A stretch of DNA of 64,000 nt, from NCBI GenBank assembly GCA_015231405.1, contig JADGBR010000001.1, positions 283,964 to 347,963 of the forward strand, written 5' to 3'. Positions 59,854 through 64,000 of the stretch are shown here, piece by piece. The notes under the pieces were generated by a model. That model worked only from the letters and a program-made list of their open reading frames with translations. It was not told the origin of the DNA and made no database searches. The stretch is from Candidatus Omnitrophota bacterium (GTDB lineage Bacteria; Omnitrophota; Gorgyraeia; Tantalellales; Tantalellaceae). A program made the translations under genes and the position numbers. Within the stretch, counting starts at the first letter, position 1; each line of letters starts with the position of its first letter.

Positions 59854-60564
59854 ATGTCCGAATATAAGGAAGAGATCAAAAAGCTCGTGTCGCTACAGGA
59901 TGTTGATTCCCGTATTTTCGAAATTATGACCGAGAAAGAAACACTTCCTGCTAAAATCAAAAAGATCAAAGCCGACCTTGAGACTAAAAAACAAGCTCTC
60001 AACGCCGCGGAGGACAAATACAAAAAAGTCCAGGTCGCTAAGAACGAAGCCGAGAATTCGTTGTTATCCGCCGAAACAAAAATAAAGAAACACGAAGGCG
60101 AGCTAGCCCTTATAAAGACCAATAAAGAGTATTCCGCGATGATAGAGCAGATAGCGGGTTTAAAGGCCGACGTCTCGAAAATTGAGGAAAAGATACTCAC
60201 CCTATTTGACGATATCGAGTCGGCCCTAAAACTGGTCAATAGCGAGAAGTCGCTCTTCCAGAACGAACAGAAAAGCTCCGAGCAGGTCATTTCCGGGATA
60301 ACCTCCAGGGAAAAGGAGCTGGATACGCAGCTATCCGCTATGAATGCGGATAGAGACCGGTTAAAAGCCGGGATCGACAGGCAGTTCCTTGCACGTTACG
60401 AGCAAATACTGAAAAGCCGCGGGAAATGCGCTTTATCACGGATACTCGAGGATATGTGCAGCGAATGTAACCTTCAGCTGCGTCCACAGCTTATCAACGA
60501 GGTCAAGCTCAAACTCAGGGTGGTTACCTGCGACAACTGTTCCCGTATGCTTTATGAGGAATAA
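59854..60564 (+). CDS. Coiled-coil C4 Zn-ribbon protein (DUF164/CT398/HP0958-like)
   Basis: LVSLQDVD, KTNKEY, long coiled coil, CSEC...CDNCSRML. Confidence 0.88.
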   Translation: MSEYKEEIKKLVSLQDVDSRIFEIMTEKETLPAKIKKIKADLETKKQALNAAEDKYKKVQVAKNEAENSLLSAETKIKKHEGELALIKTNKEYSAMIEQIAGLKADVSKIEEKILTLFDDIESALKLVNSEKSLFQNEQKSSEQVISGITSREKELDTQLSAMNADRDRLKAGIDRQFLARYEQILKSRGKCALSRILEDMCSECNLQLRPQLINEVKLKLRVVTCDNCSRMLYEE

Positions 60565-60614
60565 AGCGGAAAGAGCCCCGCGCTAAATTAAGTTCTCAAA
60601 ATCTCAGCGAATTT

Positions 60615-61049
60615 ATGAAAGCCGTTAAGCACGATAGTGTTACAATATTCACTGATGGAGGATCGCGCGGCAACCCCGGGAGATCGGCGCTGGGCTTTGT
60701 CATTAAAAACGATAAAAATGAGACCATCGACGAATTCGGCAAATATATCGGCGAAACGACGAACAATGTCGCTGAATATATGGCTGTAATTTATGCGCTT
60801 CAAAGAGCCCTCAGCATCGGCGTTAAAAATGCGGTCATAAAAACAGACAGCCAGCTTGTCGCGAGGCAGATAAAAGGCGAATATAGGGTCAAAGAAAAAC
60901 AGATCGCTTTATTCCATGGTATCGTGAACGACCTGGCCGGGTATTTCGAGAAGATCGACATAGTCGAGATCCCAAGGGAAGCTAATAAAGAAGCCGACAG
61001 GCTGGTAAATAAGGAACTTGATAAAACTATATCTGAAAGTCTTTTTTAG
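60615..61049 (+). CDS. rnhA: Ribonuclease HI family protein
   Basis: FTDGGSRGNPG, TNNVAEY, TDSQLV, PREANKEADRL. Confidence 0.9.
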   Translation: MKAVKHDSVTIFTDGGSRGNPGRSALGFVIKNDKNETIDEFGKYIGETTNNVAEYMAVIYALQRALSIGVKNAVIKTDSQLVARQIKGEYRVKEKQIALFHGIVNDLAGYFEKIDIVEIPREANKEADRLVNKELDKTISESLF

Positions 61050-61051
61050 CT

Positions 61052-61520
61052 CATTGACAGCGGATCGGGCGATCGCCACGCCGAGAGATCGGCGTGGAGG
61101 AAAGTCCGGGCTCCCCATAGCGGCGTAGCGGGTAACCCCCGCCCATCGTGAGATGAGGATCAGAGCAACAGAGACGAGTCTGCTTCGCCCTTCAACTTGT
61201 AGGGTGAGTTAGGGCTTCCGAGGACCAAGGTCTGCTGGCGAGAAGCGGGTCTGCTTGCGAGTAAGCAGAGCTTAGCACCTCAGAAGCCTTACCTCTATTT
61301 CTTGTTGGAGGGCGAAGCAGGGTGAAACGGGCAATCTCTACGCGGAGCAAGACCAAATAGGGGGGGAATATACGGCTAGTCCGTATGAACGGGACTGCTA
61401 GTCCCGTCACTACTTCCGGGTAGGTCGCTTGAATCCACCAGTAATGATGGATCTAGATGGATGATCGCCGAGAATATTTATTATTCTCACAGAACCCGGC
61501 TTATAGATCCGCTTTCAATG
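61052..61520 (+). ncRNA. rnpB: RNase P RNA (type A-like, atypical)
   Basis: GAGGAAAGTCCGGGCT, CAACAGA, GGTGAAAC, GAGCAAGACCAAATAG, ACAGAACCCGGCTTAT. P1 is CATTGACAGCGGATC / GATCCGCTTTCAATG. Confidence 0.95.
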
Positions 61521-61551
61521 GGTTTTTAAACTATGAGTTGTTTAAAAACCC
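61520..61551. terminator. Hairpin directly after rnpB
   Basis: GGGTTTTTAAAC-N8-GTTTAAAAACCC. No U-tract, so it may be a processing or pause structure instead. Confidence 0.45.
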
Positions 61552-61887
61552 GGATAGACCGGCACATAATTAAAATGCGGTAGAATTAAGCTGCTTTTAA
61601 AGACATTTGCCCCCTATGCAATACATCTTATTGGCTCGCCGACGTTACCGGTAAAAAAAAGACGAGCGGCTTCAGCAAAAGTTTAGCCGGAAAATATCCG
61701 GGTAACCTGTTGACGCCGATCGAAAAGTTAAGTTATGATAAATTCCATGAAAGGTATAAGTTCCGTCAAACCTTGCTTACGCGCTTGAAGAGCCGGACCA
61801 GAAGGAAATGGGCAAAGAAGGATATACTCGGATTTACCTTCTTTTCCCTGAACAATTGATAATAATATATCCAACAAAAAGGCTGGA

Positions 61888-62766
61888 ATGAGGACTTATC
61901 CGGAATGTTTGATATGTTTTGAGAGACAGGCCCGAGACGCGTCTCGCCTGGCAGGGCTTGAAAGCTCTAAAATAGACATTATCCTCCGGGAAGTAACAGA
62001 ACTGCTTACCAGGGTAGACCCGCGCCTTTTACCTCCTGAGATCGCCAGGAGCGTTTACGGGTTGATCGATAAACACAGCGGGATCAACGACGTTTATAAA
62101 GAACTTAAGAAAAAAAGCAACAAACTTGCCATGTCGTTATATGATGAGCTTATCAGGAAAATAGACATGGCCGAAGACAAGATACTTATGGGCATTCGCA
62201 TGGCTGTAGCCGGCAATGTGATCGATTACGGTCTTCCGCACGTTTTTGACGTTAAAAAAGAGCTCGATGAATGCGTGGGGAAGGATTTTGCTGTTTTTGA
62301 TTATGAGGATTTCAGGCGAGTTTACGAGCCGTCCAAAAAGATACTGTACATTCTCGATAATGCCGGTGAGATCGTGTTCGATAAGATGCTCATTTCTCTC
62401 ATGAATAAGCATGTCACCGCCGCTGTGAGGGAAAGACCCATAATAAACGATGTTACGATCGAAGACGCGAAGGAAATAGGTCTTGAGAGGATCTCACGCG
62501 TTATATCGAGCGGCTCCGGTATGCCCGGCACGATACTCGCGCAATCGTCCGAAGAGTTTAAAAAATGTTACAGGGAATCGGATATGGTCATCAGTAAAGG
62601 CCAGGGAAATTATGAAACATTCTCTGGTAACGAGAGCGCGGCTATAAAAAGCGATATTAAACCGGTTTTCTTTCTTTTTAAGGCGAAATGCCCGGTCGTA
62701 GCCCGCCACGCCGGATGCGAACTTGGGGATATCGTATTGAAGTATGAAGATAAAAAATTACGATAA
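61888..62766 (+). CDS. DUF89/ARMT1-like damage-control phosphatase
   Basis: ECLICF, GNVIDY, LDNAGEIVFD, PIINDVT, ISKGQGNYE, KAKC. Confidence 0.9.
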   Translation: MRTYPECLICFERQARDASRLAGLESSKIDIILREVTELLTRVDPRLLPPEIARSVYGLIDKHSGINDVYKELKKKSNKLAMSLYDELIRKIDMAEDKILMGIRMAVAGNVIDYGLPHVFDVKKELDECVGKDFAVFDYEDFRRVYEPSKKILYILDNAGEIVFDKMLISLMNKHVTAAVRERPIINDVTIEDAKEIGLERISRVISSGSGMPGTILAQSSEEFKKCYRESDMVISKGQGNYETFSGNESAAIKSDIKPVFFLFKAKCPVVARHAGCELGDIVLKYEDKKLR

Positions 62767-62776
62767 GCTATTAAAA

Positions 62777-64000
62777 ATGGGCTACGTCGATGAGTTCAAT
62801 TCCGCCCAGGCGCCCCTTGTGAAGAACCGCATATATCTTTTCGGTTTTCTCGCAGTAGCTATATACACACTCTCTTCCTTGATGAGTAATATCCTTATGC
62901 CTGGCGGTTTCCATAAAGATGAGATCCCAGTGATAACAATTCTCCTTTTCGGTACTCTCATTCTACTTCTGGTGAATAGAGCTGTAAATACCCTTAAAGG
63001 CTCGAAGGTCACGGGCTATGCGCTGACATTGCTCCTCGTATTTATCCTGACAAGGCTCAATATAATCTATCATGCCCAGATACATTACAATATTACGGCG
63101 TATCTACTGATGCTTTTCCTCGTATCGTTCTCGATACCGTGGAAGCCTTCAAATATCTTTGTGGTCTGGTATTTTCATCTTGGCGCCTTTATGTACCTTT
63201 ACGCTTATGTCAGTTCGAACCTGCCGGAATACTCGCGTGTGTATTTTACGGAGGAGGATTTCTATTCGGGTCTCATCTTGATGACGCTCGGCTTTGTGCA
63301 ATGCTATGTCATAAGAAAAAAGGAATACGAGAGGGATATCGAGAATTTTCTTTTGTTCAAGGACGTTGAGACCAAGAACGCGCAGATGAATAGCGAGCTT
63401 GACCTTGCGACAAGGGTGCATATGACCCTTATCCCGCGTTCCCTCTCGGACGCTTTGGTCGATGTGACCGTCACTTATTATCCTGTCGACGGCATGGGCG
63501 GGGATTACGCCAAATTCGAGTATATCGACGATAAAAGATTATTATTCTTCATCTGTGACGTTACGGGACATGGCGTTCCCGCCGCGCTCTTGGTTAACAG
63601 GGTACATGCTGAATTCTATAATTTCGCCAGGAACGGGACGGGTCCCGCGGAGCTGCTTTCCGGGATAAATCGTTTCATTCTTAAAGATTTCGAGGGGACG
63701 GAGATGTACCTCACCGCTTTCTCATGTGTTCTTGATCTTGAAAAGCGTTCCATGGTGTACGCTAACTGCGGACATCCATCGCAGTATCTGTACAGCACAA
63801 AAGACTCAAGGGCACTCGAGCTAACGCCGATGTCCACGATGCTCGGTATATCTTTTGCCGACAACTCCGTAGAGGAGGGCCGACTTGGTATCAGCCGGGG
63901 AGATAAAATAGTGTTATTCACGGACGGGTTGCTCGAGACGACCGACGCGACGGGAGAACCTTACGAGTCACTGAGGATAATAAAATTCATTGAGAACAAC
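62777..64000 (+). CDS. Membrane-bound SpoIIE/PP2C-type phosphatase (3'-truncated by the window edge; not in the ORF track)
   Basis: Frame from ATG 62777 with a hydrophobic N-terminus, then MGGDY, FICDVTGHGVPAAL, YANCGHP, GDKIVLFTDG. Confidence 0.88.
   Translation, partial: MGYVDEFNSAQAPLVKNRIYLFGFLAVAIYTLSSLMSNILMPGGFHKDEIPVITILLFGTLILLLVNRAVNTLKGSKVTGYALTLLLVFILTRLNIIYHAQIHYNITAYLLMLFLVSFSIPWKPSNIFVVWYFHLGAFMYLYAYVSSNLPEYSRVYFTEEDFYSGLILMTLGFVQCYVIRKKEYERDIENFLLFKDVETKNAQMNSELDLATRVHMTLIPRSLSDALVDVTVTYYPVDGMGGDYAKFEYIDDKRLLFFICDVTGHGVPAALLVNRVHAEFYNFARNGTGPAELLSGINRFILKDFEGTEMYLTAFSCVLDLEKRSMVYANCGHPSQYLYSTKDSRALELTPMSTMLGISFADNSVEEGRLGISRGDKIVLFTDGLLETTDATGEPYESLRIIKFIENN

Noticed and set aside
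327-63921. The many minus-strand and alternative-frame ORFs in the ORF track (all except 22085-22630)
   Set aside because: They lie antisense to or inside well-supported genes and show no recognisable motifs, so they are shadow ORFs.

Overview
A 64 kb bacterial chromosomal window, almost all on the + strand. The gene content suggests an anaerobe, possibly Candidatus Omnitrophota/PVC, but that is inference only. Order: infB (partial)-trpS-scpA-scpB-pheA-hisC-aroF-tyrA-cmk-plsC-rpsA-rpsO-pnp-dut-ftsK-rodZ-like-rimO-pgsA-pgpA. Next is a signalling island (two excisionase/BldC-like HTHs, GAF-HD-GYP, XRE-cupin, PilZ-methyltransferase, 7TM-GAF histidine kinase, receiver), then uvrA, a CBS protein, a TPR-ExbB-ExbD-TonB-like operon and tRNA-Ala. 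An ~11 kb Rrf2-containing redox/oxygen-defence operon follows, then an AmmeMemoRadiSam B-A fusion, rsmE, mtaB, cvpA, NIF3-like, dnaG, rpoD, ridA, FAH hydrolase, dtd, an AbrB-type two-gene module, PPi-type Pfk, two tRNAs, a Zn-ribbon protein, RNase HI, RNase P RNA, DUF89 and a partial SpoIIE-type phosphatase. I saw no CRISPR array, integrase or transposase. The most notable leads are: (1) three intergenic spacers built of forward then inverted 7-mer repeats, two of which are crossed by unannotated ORFs that overlap the upstream stop and the downstream start; (2) a putative PhcB-like signal synthase/kinase module linked to c-di-GMP; (3) an unannotated 26-aa Trp/Cys-rich peptide in the redox operon; (4) an RNase P RNA with a ~140-nt P12 and no P13/P14; (5) an autoregulated AbrB-type module with an unrecognised partner. 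All calls come from motif reading without database searches.
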